A stretch of DNA of 64,000 nt from positions 1 through 64,000 of the IMG/VR virus record IMGVR_UViG_3300034062_003747. The stretch is one strand, 5' to 3'. This stretch comes from a virus. The translations under genes were made by a program, and so were the position numbers. A model generated the notes under the pieces. The model had not been told where the DNA came from and ran no database searches. It saw only the letters and a program-made list of their open reading frames with translations. Below are positions 1 to 8,860 of the stretch, one piece after another. Every line of letters begins with the position of its first letter. Positions within the stretch are counted from its first letter, which is position 1.

Positions 1-491
1 TTATTTATTATTATTTTTTCGTTTTTACGTGTTACCTTTAGATTAAAAGTAAAATCTCTACGAAGATTATCGGTTTCAATTACCCCAGTCATATGTTGAA
101 TACCATCTATCCAATGATTTGGTGGGTTTATTGTCATTAAATTAATATCCGGTGGGGTTCTGAATGTAAATCGGTTTTGTATAGTAACTGTACCCATACC
201 AAAATGAGAATTTATTGATTGATAACCAGTATGTTCACCTTCATCTAAAATTTCAATTTTTGTGTGTTGTGAACCCTCCCCACCATCCCAAATAACCGAA
301 AAAGTTTTTAATGATTTTATAGCAAAACCATATTGGTTTCCAATTGTCAAAGGTAAACAAAAATAAGCGTGTTTTACAAACCAATCTCTTTTTATTTTAC
401 CCTTCAATGGTTCAATTATTATTTCATTTGAATTAATAAAATTTTCACTTTCGGGTATTGTAACTATTTTATTTTTTGGTATTGTTATCAT
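1..491 (-). CDS. DUF6065-like protein (3' end runs off the window)
   Basis: Not in the ORF track. Translated by hand from the ATG at 491 (ATGA overlap with the upstream stop): MITIPKNK...KRDWFVKHAYFCLPLTIGNQYGF...SHFGMGTVT...GVIETDNLRRDFTFNLK. The HAYxCLPLxxxNQYG motif is characteristic of DUF6065. Confidence 0.7.
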   Translation of the reverse strand, partial: MITIPKNKIVTIPESENFINSNEIIIEPLKGKIKRDWFVKHAYFCLPLTIGNQYGFAIKSLKTFSVIWDGGEGSQHTKIEILDEGEHTGYQSINSHFGMGTVTIQNRFTFRTPPDINLMTINPPNHWIDGIQHMTGVIETDNLRRDFTFNLKVTRKNEKIIIN

Positions 492-1210
492 AACCTATTT
501 ATTTTCATTAATATTGAATCGTTAATTTCAACCTTATAATTAGTATTTTCCACATCCCAAAGATATTGACTTAATACACCCTCAGGATGATGTATATATT
601 TATATATATTAGAATTAATTATTTTATATAATTTACAATACCAATCCATAGAATCAGACGAACCATATGCTAATTGGTCATTTGGCATATATTTTGGTCC
701 AACATCTTTTAACATCCGTTTCATTTCAGATGTAAATGGGTTATTTATATTTTCATTTGGAGGTAAATAAATTGTATTATTATTTACGTCATTTATTATA
801 AAATTTTTAAAAAACAAATCAAATCTGCAACGTATAATTACATCATACTTTATATTGTTTTCAAATTCATATTCTTTTCGTAATTCATTTGATTTATCAA
901 TACTATACCACATCATTAAAGTGTTATAAAATCTAGATTCACCAATTTTTTTCTTAAAGGTATCATATTCAGTAGAATCTATTTGAATTTTTTTGGGTTT
1001 ATAAAAATCAATAAATTCATAATTAATTTTATCAAAATTATCATTATAATTTTCTATATAATGATGTGGCACCATTTTACCCTTAACATCCCAAGTGTGT
1101 ATAAACACATCTACATTATATTTTTCTATAATTTTATTTTTTATAGAATCATATGATGATTTCCAATTACGAGTTTGACCTGATAGACATAGTGCTATTT
1201 TCATAACCAT
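488..1210 (-). CDS. Putative glycosyltransferase-like protein
   Basis: KIALCLSGQxR, DVFIHTW and YDxIIRxRFD motifs, typical of phage/NCLDV GT-like proteins. The start may be at 1204. Confidence 0.55.
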   Translation of the reverse strand: MVMKIALCLSGQTRNWKSSYDSIKNKIIEKYNVDVFIHTWDVKGKMVPHHYIENYNDNFDKINYEFIDFYKPKKIQIDSTEYDTFKKKIGESRFYNTLMMWYSIDKSNELRKEYEFENNIKYDVIIRCRFDLFFKNFIINDVNNNTIYLPPNENINNPFTSEMKRMLKDVGPKYMPNDQLAYGSSDSMDWYCKLYKIINSNIYKYIHHPEGVLSQYLWDVENTNYKVEINDSILMKINRL

Positions 1211-1736
1211 TCATTTTATATTTTGCATCAAACGTCCAAAAAGAAGTTAGTGTATATCTTATACCATTTGTTATTTCGTTTACCCCGTGTAAATATTCTA
1301 AGGTACCTGGAAAAAATACCAACGTATTTGGTTTTGGTTTTAGTTCAATATTTTGATTTGGAAAATATATCTTACCCCCGTCATAATCATCGTTTAAATA
1401 ATAAACACAACCAAAATTTCTCCAAAAAAACGGGTGTTCATCATTTTTATTTTCACCATCTGCATGAGGATGTTGTATATCGCCTACCTCCCACTTTACT
1501 AATCCTAAATAATCAGGATATATTTTATCAGTTAATTCAAAATCAGATTTTATTTTATTTTCCAAGCCTTTTAAATAATTAAAATTAGTTTCAGCAGGTT
1601 CGTAAATAACTCTTCCACTCCAATTATCGTTTGGAATACGATTACCCCATTCCTTTGTTTCTTTGGAATAATTTAAATATTTTTCAAATTCACCATCTGA
1701 TAAATAGTTTTCAGTTATTGATATAAAATTTTTCAT
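1167..1736 (-). CDS. 2OG-Fe(II) oxygenase, prolyl 4-hydroxylase-like
   Basis: HxD (HAD), YLNDDYDGG, distal His (HGV) and the 2OG-binding Arg (GIRYT). Confidence 0.85.
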   Translation of the reverse strand: MKNFISITENYLSDGEFEKYLNYSKETKEWGNRIPNDNWSGRVIYEPAETNFNYLKGLENKIKSDFELTDKIYPDYLGLVKWEVGDIQHPHADGENKNDEHPFFWRNFGCVYYLNDDYDGGKIYFPNQNIELKPKPNTLVFFPGTLEYLHGVNEITNGIRYTLTSFWTFDAKYKMNGYENSTMSIRSNS

Positions 1737-1753
1737 TTTAAATATTTTATTAA

Positions 1754-2878
1754 TTAAAATTCGTCATTTAAATTTCCACAATTGGCATTACTTGTAAAAC
1801 TTACACCATCCCAATATCTCACAACAGTTCCGTTTGAGTAATAATCTCCTGTGGCAGCCGTTCCACTACTATCTGAATATAATGATGTTGCATTACCAAA
1901 TGATGAAAGAGGTGGTAAATAGTAAGTATCTTCACTAGCTTGACTATCACATGCCGCTTGAGCACTACCCGCACGTCTTAACGCCACTGCCACATTACTC
2001 GCCGGTGGAGGCGGAGGAGGAGGAGGTGGTGGCGGTGCCGGACAACTACTTATTGTATTAATAACCCCACTACCTTCCACATAATAAACCGTTGTTCCAT
2101 TTGAATAATACCCATCAGCTGCGTTCGCACTACCATCACTTGCTGATTTTAATACACATTGTGTAATAAGTGTTGAACAAGTACTCCAAACTCCGGTAGT
2201 TACTCCCATACCGCAAGCCAATGCATCATCTCCCGCATTATATCCAAAAGTAAATGCATGATATACTATCGCCGGTGGTGGTGGCGGTGGTGGAGGCGGT
2301 GGCGGTGGCGGTGGAGCTACAAAACATACAAAATTAATTGTTCCATAATTTTTATTTGATGGATTATTTTTATCTCTTACACCCACCCAATATTGTCCAT
2401 CTGCCTGACCATAAAATACTTTAGTAGCAGTTCCATAATCAGTCCAATCTCCATCAGGTGCACTAAATACCGCGGACTCAGAAGTTTTAAGACCGGTAAT
2501 TTGATAAGTTCCACTACCATTTACAGGATTACTAATTGTAATTGTTGCCTGACCAGGATTCGTGCTAGTACAAGTATTAGACACCGTAATCGCAACGACA
2601 GCCGGTGGAGGCGGTGGAGGTGGAGGTGGCGGAGGCGGTGGCGGTGGTGGAGGCGGTGGTGGCGGTGGCGGTGGTGGAGGCGGTGGTGGAGGAGGGGCTG
2701 GCCCACCTGCACTTTTTCCATAAAACTCATCCATACCCAATTGATTAGTACCATCTGTTGTAAATGAAACCGAATACGCAGTTCCAGCTGCAGCCATATC
2801 AACTTGAGTACCAGATGCGATTGCTCTATCGGTATTAAACAAATCAAATGATATTTCGCCTGAAGGTGGTAATGCCAT
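1754..2878 (-). CDS. Polyproline-linked tail-fibre-associated adhesin/virion protein
   Basis: MALPxSGxISF...DEFYGKS N-terminal module, as seen in genes downstream of S74 tail fibres. Three Pro tracts separate Cys-bounded beta-rich domains, two of which contain YYSNGT. Confidence 0.65.
   Translation of the reverse strand: MALPPSGEISFDLFNTDRAIASGTQVDMAAAGTAYSVSFTTDGTNQLGMDEFYGKSAGGPAPPPPPPPPPPPPPPPPPPPPPPPPPPPPPPPAVVAITVSNTCTSTNPGQATITISNPVNGSGTYQITGLKTSESAVFSAPDGDWTDYGTATKVFYGQADGQYWVGVRDKNNPSNKNYGTINFVCFVAPPPPPPPPPPPPPPAIVYHAFTFGYNAGDDALACGMGVTTGVWSTCSTLITQCVLKSASDGSANAADGYYSNGTTVYYVEGSGVINTISSCPAPPPPPPPPPPPASNVAVALRRAGSAQAACDSQASEDTYYLPPLSSFGNATSLYSDSSGTAATGDYYSNGTVVRYWDGVSFTSNANCGNLNDEF
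2603..2695 (-). repeat. Pro-codon tract (31 consecutive CCN codons); shorter tracts at 2273-2314 (14) and 2003-2035 (11)
   Basis: Counted directly from the GGN-rich plus-strand sequence; mixed CCA/CCG/CCT codons. Confidence 0.95.
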
Positions 2879-5800
2879 TATTTACGTTTTTTTAACTCTT
2901 CTATTTCCCTTTTCAATTCCTTTACTGCTTCTACTAAAAGTGGAACTATTTTATCGTAATCTATTGTTAAATAGTTTTCACCTGTTTTTGAACTACCATC
3001 TTCTTCATTGATATCAAACGGGGCTCTTTGTATAACCTCAGGTAATACCTCTTCAACTTCCTGAGCTATTAATCCAACTTGTCTTTTATTATTATTATAA
3101 CCAAACTCTTTTGCTAATTCATTTTGTCTATAATATACTCCATTTATTTTATCTAATTTTTCTAATGGATTATCTATTTTTCCTTCTATATTTTTTAATC
3201 TTCTATCAGAATAATATGCTATAATATTTCCTGTTGCAGATAAAATACCACCAACTTGTACAAATGGTGTATTTGTATTTAGATATGTACCCTCTCTTTT
3301 TACTCTAAAATAAATATTAGTATCATTTATTACTTGAAATCCCTCATCAGTTAATTCAGTAATCAGAACAGATTGACCTAATGCTGAATTTGTAAAAGTG
3401 CTAACAGCGGAAGAAAATGTTGTGGGTGCAGTAGTATCGCTAAATAATATTCGTGTCCAAAAAACTCTAAGATAATGTGTTCCGGTTTGGGAAAATGCAA
3501 TACTAAATGCTTTACTACCCGCAGAAATTGCCTGTCCATTACTACTTGCAATTACTTCTTCTGCAACTATACTATTAAATCCACTATCAGTTGCTATTTG
3601 AATACCCATACCTATGTATAGATATCCATCAAACCCACCCGGAGTAGTTGCTAGTGTCCCTGTAGCACCATAACCCACAGCTCCAGAATATGTTCCGGTA
3701 TTTGGAACATTAAATGTATTACCAGACCCATAAATTCTTTGACCACTTGCTTGTGAGGTTGAATCATTAAATGCACTTATATTGATATTAGGGCTGTTCA
3801 ATGGTAATGTTACTGAACCAGCACCACCTATTGTTGAAAGTGGACCAGATTTAATTGTCAATTTTGGTGTACCTGCTGCGTTATTAATTGCAATTAAAGG
3901 AGTTGGTTTAAATTCTAATCTCCTAACACCGCCAACCAAAGGCGATGATAATTTATCAGTTTCAATAGTCCACCCACCAATTGTTCCTTGCGTAGCTACA
4001 ACCCCCGCAGTATTAAGAGAAAATCCGGTACCGACTAATCCACTACTATTTAGAACAACAGAATTTCCTATTGATATAGCTGAACTTGCATTTGTTAAAT
4101 TTAATCCTGAATTATTTAAACTATATCCAGTACCTGAAATACCACCTGTAAATGTACCGGTGGCTGCGGAGATATTACCATTAAACGTTCCGGTTGCTGC
4201 CGATAACGCACCACTAAAAGTTCCTCCACCAGTTATAGTTAGATTAGTACCATCCCATTTTAAAGAATTAGTAGCAGATTTTAGGGATAATCTATATACG
4301 GGTGCATTATTAACATTAACCACCCCTATAAAAATACCATTTACATCATATCCCTGTGAACCTGCAGTTGAACTTTGGCCGATAGATATATACGGATATG
4401 CACTACCACCTGCTAAAGTAATATTTGCTGCATTTACTGCGGTTGCAGCCGTACCAATGTTTAAAGTATTTTGAATAAATGATTCTTCAAATATACCTAT
4501 TTTAGCTGCTACAAAAAAATCTTGTGTACCTAATGATGTCCAACCTGTTTGTGCTGCTTGAGATGGTGAACCATTTATTACGTTTCCTGTCTCTGAAAGA
4601 TGTCCTCTAGTAGTAGCATAGTATGTGTTATATGGTGCGTTTCCAGTTGAACTCCATAAGACAGTATCTCTCCTACCCGTAGCATCCGTTAACCCATTTG
4701 AAAATTGATATGTTCTACCACTTGTCCAAACTCCGGTATGAACTACACCAGGACCGGTTACACCAGTACTACCGGGTGCACCGGGGTCACCATTCGTTCC
4801 ATTCGTTCCTGCAATAGATTTAGAAATTGTAAATTTAATAGTAGCTGTATTCGGAGTTCCCTCCGAATCGACATATGAAATGGTTACTATACCTGTATTA
4901 TCAGTTGCAGAAATAGCAGTTACATCTATTGTTGATGTTGATGGGGTTGTACTTGTAACTGTAACACCGGTTACATTTGTTATTTTATATTGAGAAGTAG
5001 TTAATGTACCACTATTGTATGTCAAAGCAGTTGAACCCTCAAATGCAGTTAATATTGGGTCTACAATTGTACCAGTCAACGTTCCTGCACTATTTGCTGC
5101 TACTGTTTGCGAAGCAGGGGTAATTGCAAATGTTATAGTAGGCACCGCCTTTTTAGCTTTAGCTAAAGAAATATTTCCAAATACATTTCTTGTTGTATTT
5201 TCTGAATCAACCACCGAACCTGTTACTGATATATCAACCGAATCCGTGCCATTTGCTATGTTTGGTAACGCAATTGTTGTAGTTGTTTTATTACCAATTG
5301 TATACGAATTTGTAGTAGTTGTATCTGGTGCTGATACTAATGTTTTTGTAGAACTAATACCATCGTATGCTTCGATTACTGATAAACTTGCAGTCACAAA
5401 TGCATCAATTTGTGCACCTGTTGATTTTGCAGTTGCAGTTTGATTATTATTACCAATTACAAAACTTAAAACAGGTGCAGCCTTTTTATTTTTAGTATAG
5501 GTTGCTACTTTGGTTACATCGGTTGTATCACCCGCACCATCTTTATATCGTACTCTTAATTCTAGAGAACCACTATCCGCATCTAATTGTTTAATCCAAT
5601 AATTAGTAGTTGAATAATCTAAATAGTTTGAACTACCAAATGAACCAGTATTAACACCGGTTGCTACTGCTGAAACGACATCAAATGAATTACTAATAAG
5701 TAATCCATTACTATGTGTTATACTTTCATTACCAACTTTTACACTCACCGAACCACTTGTCAATACAAATGAACCACTAGCTACAAATCCATTGGAAAGT

Positions 5801-8163
5801 GCGGGTAAGGATGCATTTTCATTTGTTAATGAAACTGATAACCCATCTAATATTTTTATAGGAGTTATTTTAATTGCATCTGAAAATTCATTACCAAATT
5901 GGTCAGAACCTGAAATAAAATAAGAGGTTTCGCCTGTTGAGAATGGGTAGGATGAGCCGGCTATTGTATAAGTATCAACCCCATTAGTTGCATTTGTAGA
6001 TACTAATGTTAGTGGTGGTTTTCCGCTATCCGAATTTACGGTCAATGGAATTATTGATGATGCTAAATTTTTTCTTTTTGCTTCTATTGTTATTATTTGA
6101 CCACTTGGATTTAGGGATAAATCAGTTGCTTTATAAATAAATTGATTTGTATTTGCAGTTACAAAAACACCAGGTGCATTATCACCATCTTCAAATCTAT
6201 AAATTGTTTCAAACTCATTTAATCCATCACATGATGCAGTATAAGCTATAGAACCAATCATTATTGAACTACTCAATTCGCCTTTAAAACTATCTATACT
6301 TAAATTTGCACCACCATCTCCTGCGTTAGTTAACCCGCCAGGATATGTTCCCACATAACTAGCAGGAACTATATAATTACCATCTGTATCAAACGCAGCA
6401 GATGCGTAGGTAACCGAACCGGTTAAATTTTGTCTTGTTACTTTGAATCCAACTTGTTGAAAAGCAGGATTACCAAATGAACCAGTACTAAAACGAAATG
6501 CGGTTCTATCTGATTCAAATGTTAGGATTTTGGATGTGGTTGTAAAACTATTACCACCATTAAATGTTTTTGAAGTTTTTACATCGACGGGGATATAGTT
6601 GTTATTTATATCGTAAAATTCAAATTTAAAATCATATGTCTCACTTGCAAGTTTACGAGGAATATCTTGTATTAGGGTAAATTCATCAGGTGAAAACGAA
6701 GTTTCTTGTGCGTTTTGTAAACTTACATTAGCTAAATACCAATCATCACCCGCAAACTCAAATACTAATTTAGCATCTCCGGTCTTAGTGGCCTTTACAT
6801 TTTGAGTTACGTTTTGTTTTGTAGTATATATCGCCGAATTAGCAACATTTACAATAGTTTGTTGTGGATAATCCGAACCACTAAAATATGCTTTTAAAGT
6901 TTTGTTTGGGTCAACCGAACCACTTAAAAGAGTTTTAAATGAAAGGGTATACTCTACCCCCTCAGTAAGAGATAGGGATTGGGATGTGATAAAAAGGGCG
7001 GTATTATCGTAATTTGTACCAGTATAATCTACTTGAATTGATGCGTTTAATTTATCTACATTGATTGTAATTGGATGTGTATTCGAACCACTTACCCAAT
7101 AATTTGTTATATTTGTGTCCGTAAACTGACCATAGGATAATTCCGTATTGGCAGTTGTAGTTATATCTTTTAGTATTTCTGATGATTCTAATTTAGTATC
7201 TTGTATGAATTGATAATCACCAACTTCGTTTCTAGATTTTCTATAAACCTTTACTCTCGCTACATCACCAACAAATGTTTTTAAATCTGATAATTGAATT
7301 TTAGCAAAAGAACCCGTCAATGCTGAGTTGATTATTGTTTGTCCTTCAATATGGTCAAATGTAGTTGTGTATGCAGTAGGCGGGAAATTTGAAACGGATG
7401 ATGAGAATGTATATGGAATATCTACAAATAGTTCTTTATTATTTAGGACCTCACGTATGGTTGCGGAATACCCTAATGATGGTATTTCTATTGTGTTTTC
7501 ATCAACGGATGATGTCCAATTTGAACCATCAGTAATCTTTAATTTATATAAAGTTCCGGCTGTCCAAGTTCTAATATCAGTACCATAAACCGGTTGTTGT
7601 GGTATACCCTCAACCAATCCCGTTTGAGTAATTGATGGGGTTGTTATGTTAAAAACGGGCTTATTTATCTCATCAATTGTAATTTTTGGTCTTTTATAAA
7701 ACCTAACAATTGTTTCGTTAGCAAGATTTTTATTTATATTAAATGTTCTTTCCCACTTAATATTATAGATACCACGCCACTCTGCAGGAACATCTCTAAC
7801 TACCCCATTATCATCAATATAGGTTTTTAATTCACCTAATACAGTAATTTTTCCTAAACCAATAGGAGTGTCCTCATAAACGTGAACTGATATAATTTTT
7901 GATATACCCTCATAATATTCAGGTATACCATCACCTGGTTCATAATAAATTGGAGTACCGGTGACATCTAATATTTCTATTTTAATTTCAGTCGTTTCTT
8001 TTAAATGTTCAGAACCCTCTATAAGAAATCCATTCTTACCACCTGTAAACGTATCTTTGAATTCGGTAATTCTAAAATATTCAGACGTTCTAACTTGGTC
8101 ATTTATAAATGTCCCAAAGTTTGATAGGTTTTGATAAGAAGCGAACGATTTAATTATTGCCAT
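2878..8163 (-). CDS. Long tail fibre/virion protein with C-terminal intramolecular chaperone (peptidase S74) domain
   Basis: 1761 aa, G/S/T-rich, with a short collagen-like GxY run. C-terminal SDRRLKNI...GLIAQEVEEVLPE...DYDKIVPLLVEAVKEL. Confidence 0.85.
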   Translation of the reverse strand: MAIIKSFASYQNLSNFGTFINDQVRTSEYFRITEFKDTFTGGKNGFLIEGSEHLKETTEIKIEILDVTGTPIYYEPGDGIPEYYEGISKIISVHVYEDTPIGLGKITVLGELKTYIDDNGVVRDVPAEWRGIYNIKWERTFNINKNLANETIVRFYKRPKITIDEINKPVFNITTPSITQTGLVEGIPQQPVYGTDIRTWTAGTLYKLKITDGSNWTSSVDENTIEIPSLGYSATIREVLNNKELFVDIPYTFSSSVSNFPPTAYTTTFDHIEGQTIINSALTGSFAKIQLSDLKTFVGDVARVKVYRKSRNEVGDYQFIQDTKLESSEILKDITTTANTELSYGQFTDTNITNYWVSGSNTHPITINVDKLNASIQVDYTGTNYDNTALFITSQSLSLTEGVEYTLSFKTLLSGSVDPNKTLKAYFSGSDYPQQTIVNVANSAIYTTKQNVTQNVKATKTGDAKLVFEFAGDDWYLANVSLQNAQETSFSPDEFTLIQDIPRKLASETYDFKFEFYDINNNYIPVDVKTSKTFNGGNSFTTTSKILTFESDRTAFRFSTGSFGNPAFQQVGFKVTRQNLTGSVTYASAAFDTDGNYIVPASYVGTYPGGLTNAGDGGANLSIDSFKGELSSSIMIGSIAYTASCDGLNEFETIYRFEDGDNAPGVFVTANTNQFIYKATDLSLNPSGQIITIEAKRKNLASSIIPLTVNSDSGKPPLTLVSTNATNGVDTYTIAGSSYPFSTGETSYFISGSDQFGNEFSDAIKITPIKILDGLSVSLTNENASLPALSNGFVASGSFVLTSGSVSVKVGNESITHSNGLLISNSFDVVSAVATGVNTGSFGSSNYLDYSTTNYWIKQLDADSGSLELRVRYKDGAGDTTDVTKVATYTKNKKAAPVLSFVIGNNNQTATAKSTGAQIDAFVTASLSVIEAYDGISSTKTLVSAPDTTTTNSYTIGNKTTTTIALPNIANGTDSVDISVTGSVVDSENTTRNVFGNISLAKAKKAVPTITFAITPASQTVAANSAGTLTGTIVDPILTAFEGSTALTYNSGTLTTSQYKITNVTGVTVTSTTPSTSTIDVTAISATDNTGIVTISYVDSEGTPNTATIKFTISKSIAGTNGTNGDPGAPGSTGVTGPGVVHTGVWTSGRTYQFSNGLTDATGRRDTVLWSSTGNAPYNTYYATTRGHLSETGNVINGSPSQAAQTGWTSLGTQDFFVAAKIGIFEESFIQNTLNIGTAATAVNAANITLAGGSAYPYISIGQSSTAGSQGYDVNGIFIGVVNVNNAPVYRLSLKSATNSLKWDGTNLTITGGGTFSGALSAATGTFNGNISAATGTFTGGISGTGYSLNNSGLNLTNASSAISIGNSVVLNSSGLVGTGFSLNTAGVVATQGTIGGWTIETDKLSSPLVGGVRRLEFKPTPLIAINNAAGTPKLTIKSGPLSTIGGAGSVTLPLNSPNINISAFNDSTSQASGQRIYGSGNTFNVPNTGTYSGAVGYGATGTLATTPGGFDGYLYIGMGIQIATDSGFNSIVAEEVIASSNGQAISAGSKAFSIAFSQTGTHYLRVFWTRILFSDTTAPTTFSSAVSTFTNSALGQSVLITELTDEGFQVINDTNIYFRVKREGTYLNTNTPFVQVGGILSATGNIIAYYSDRRLKNIEGKIDNPLEKLDKINGVYYRQNELAKEFGYNNNKRQVGLIAQEVEEVLPEVIQRAPFDINEEDGSSKTGENYLTIDYDKIVPLLVEAVKELKREIEELKKRK

Positions 8164-8182
8164 TGTAATCCTTTGTTATAGC

Positions 8183-8191
8183 AATAAATAT
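8183..8191 (-). promoter_or_regulatory. Putative late promoter motif (ATATTTATT) upstream of the tail fibre
   Basis: Recurrent ATATTTAT(A/T) motif about 20 nt upstream of the ATG at 8163. Confidence 0.5.
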
Positions 8192-8212
8192 AACTTTTTA
8201 AATTTAATTTGA

Positions 8213-8221
8213 ATATTTATA
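8213..8221 (+). promoter_or_regulatory. Putative late promoter motif (ATATTTATA) for the plus-strand genes
   Basis: Same motif on the plus strand, 26 nt upstream of the ATG at 8248. Confidence 0.5.
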
Positions 8222-8247
8222 TTACAGAATGTAAGAAAACTAATATT

Positions 8248-8424
8248 ATGAAAAAATACAAAATGGTTCAAATTTCAGAAGAACATCATTTAAAACTAAA
8301 AGAATATTGTGAAACCCATGATAAAAAAATGAGTAAGGTATTAGAAAGAATTATCGATACTAACTTTTCAGTAATAAAATTAAAGGTAGATACTAATAAA
8401 AATGAAAATACATTACGTGTATAA
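8248..8424 (+). CDS. Small ribbon-helix-helix-like DNA-binding protein
   Basis: MKKYKMVQISEEHHLKLKEYC...KMSKVLERII has an RHH-like pattern. The ATG at 8248 is preferred over the TTG at 8209. Confidence 0.55.
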   Translation: MKKYKMVQISEEHHLKLKEYCETHDKKMSKVLERIIDTNFSVIKLKVDTNKNENTLRV

Positions 8425-8860
8425 ACTTACACACATTCATACTAATGAATTTTATTTTGGAAGTAGAACAACAAATAATAAAGCATTATTTGATGAATAT
8501 TACGGGTCTGGAAAATGGAAACCAAACAAAGAATTATTGAAAAAAGAAATAATCAAAGAAGATTTTACTAATAGAAATAGTGCCGTTGAATTTGAATCTA
8601 ATTTAATATCTGAACATATTACAAATCCATTAAATAGAAATTATCATATCCCAAATAGTGGGTTTCATAGAGAAGGGTCTGCGGGAATGTTATTTAGAGA
8701 TATAAAAACTTTATATACTATGGCAGAAAAAGTTGGTGTGGAAATAAAATCAAAATGGGGATTGGATGAACAAGAATTAGTTTATGAATTATTACAAAAC
8801 GAAAAAACCCTCAATGATAAACAAAGAGGGTTTAATATAACAATAGCTAAATGTAATTAA
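8402..8860 (+). CDS. GIY-YIG-like (Seg-type) homing endonuclease, short
   Basis: YVYKLTH...FYFGSR...YYGSG, with a conserved Glu helix (AVEFESNLI) and Asn. Confidence 0.65.
   Translation: MKIHYVYKLTHIHTNEFYFGSRTTNNKALFDEYYGSGKWKPNKELLKKEIIKEDFTNRNSAVEFESNLISEHITNPLNRNYHIPNSGFHREGSAGMLFRDIKTLYTMAEKVGVEIKSKWGLDEQELVYELLQNEKTLNDKQRGFNITIAKCN

Noticed and set aside
2521-2847. His/Arg-rich alternative-frame ORF on the minus strand
   Set aside because: Out-of-frame reading of the CCN repeat; no independent evidence.
2878-3200. Diversity-generating retroelement target at the tail fibre tip
   Set aside because: No template/variable repeat pair or reverse transcriptase in the window; the C-terminus is an S74 chaperone.
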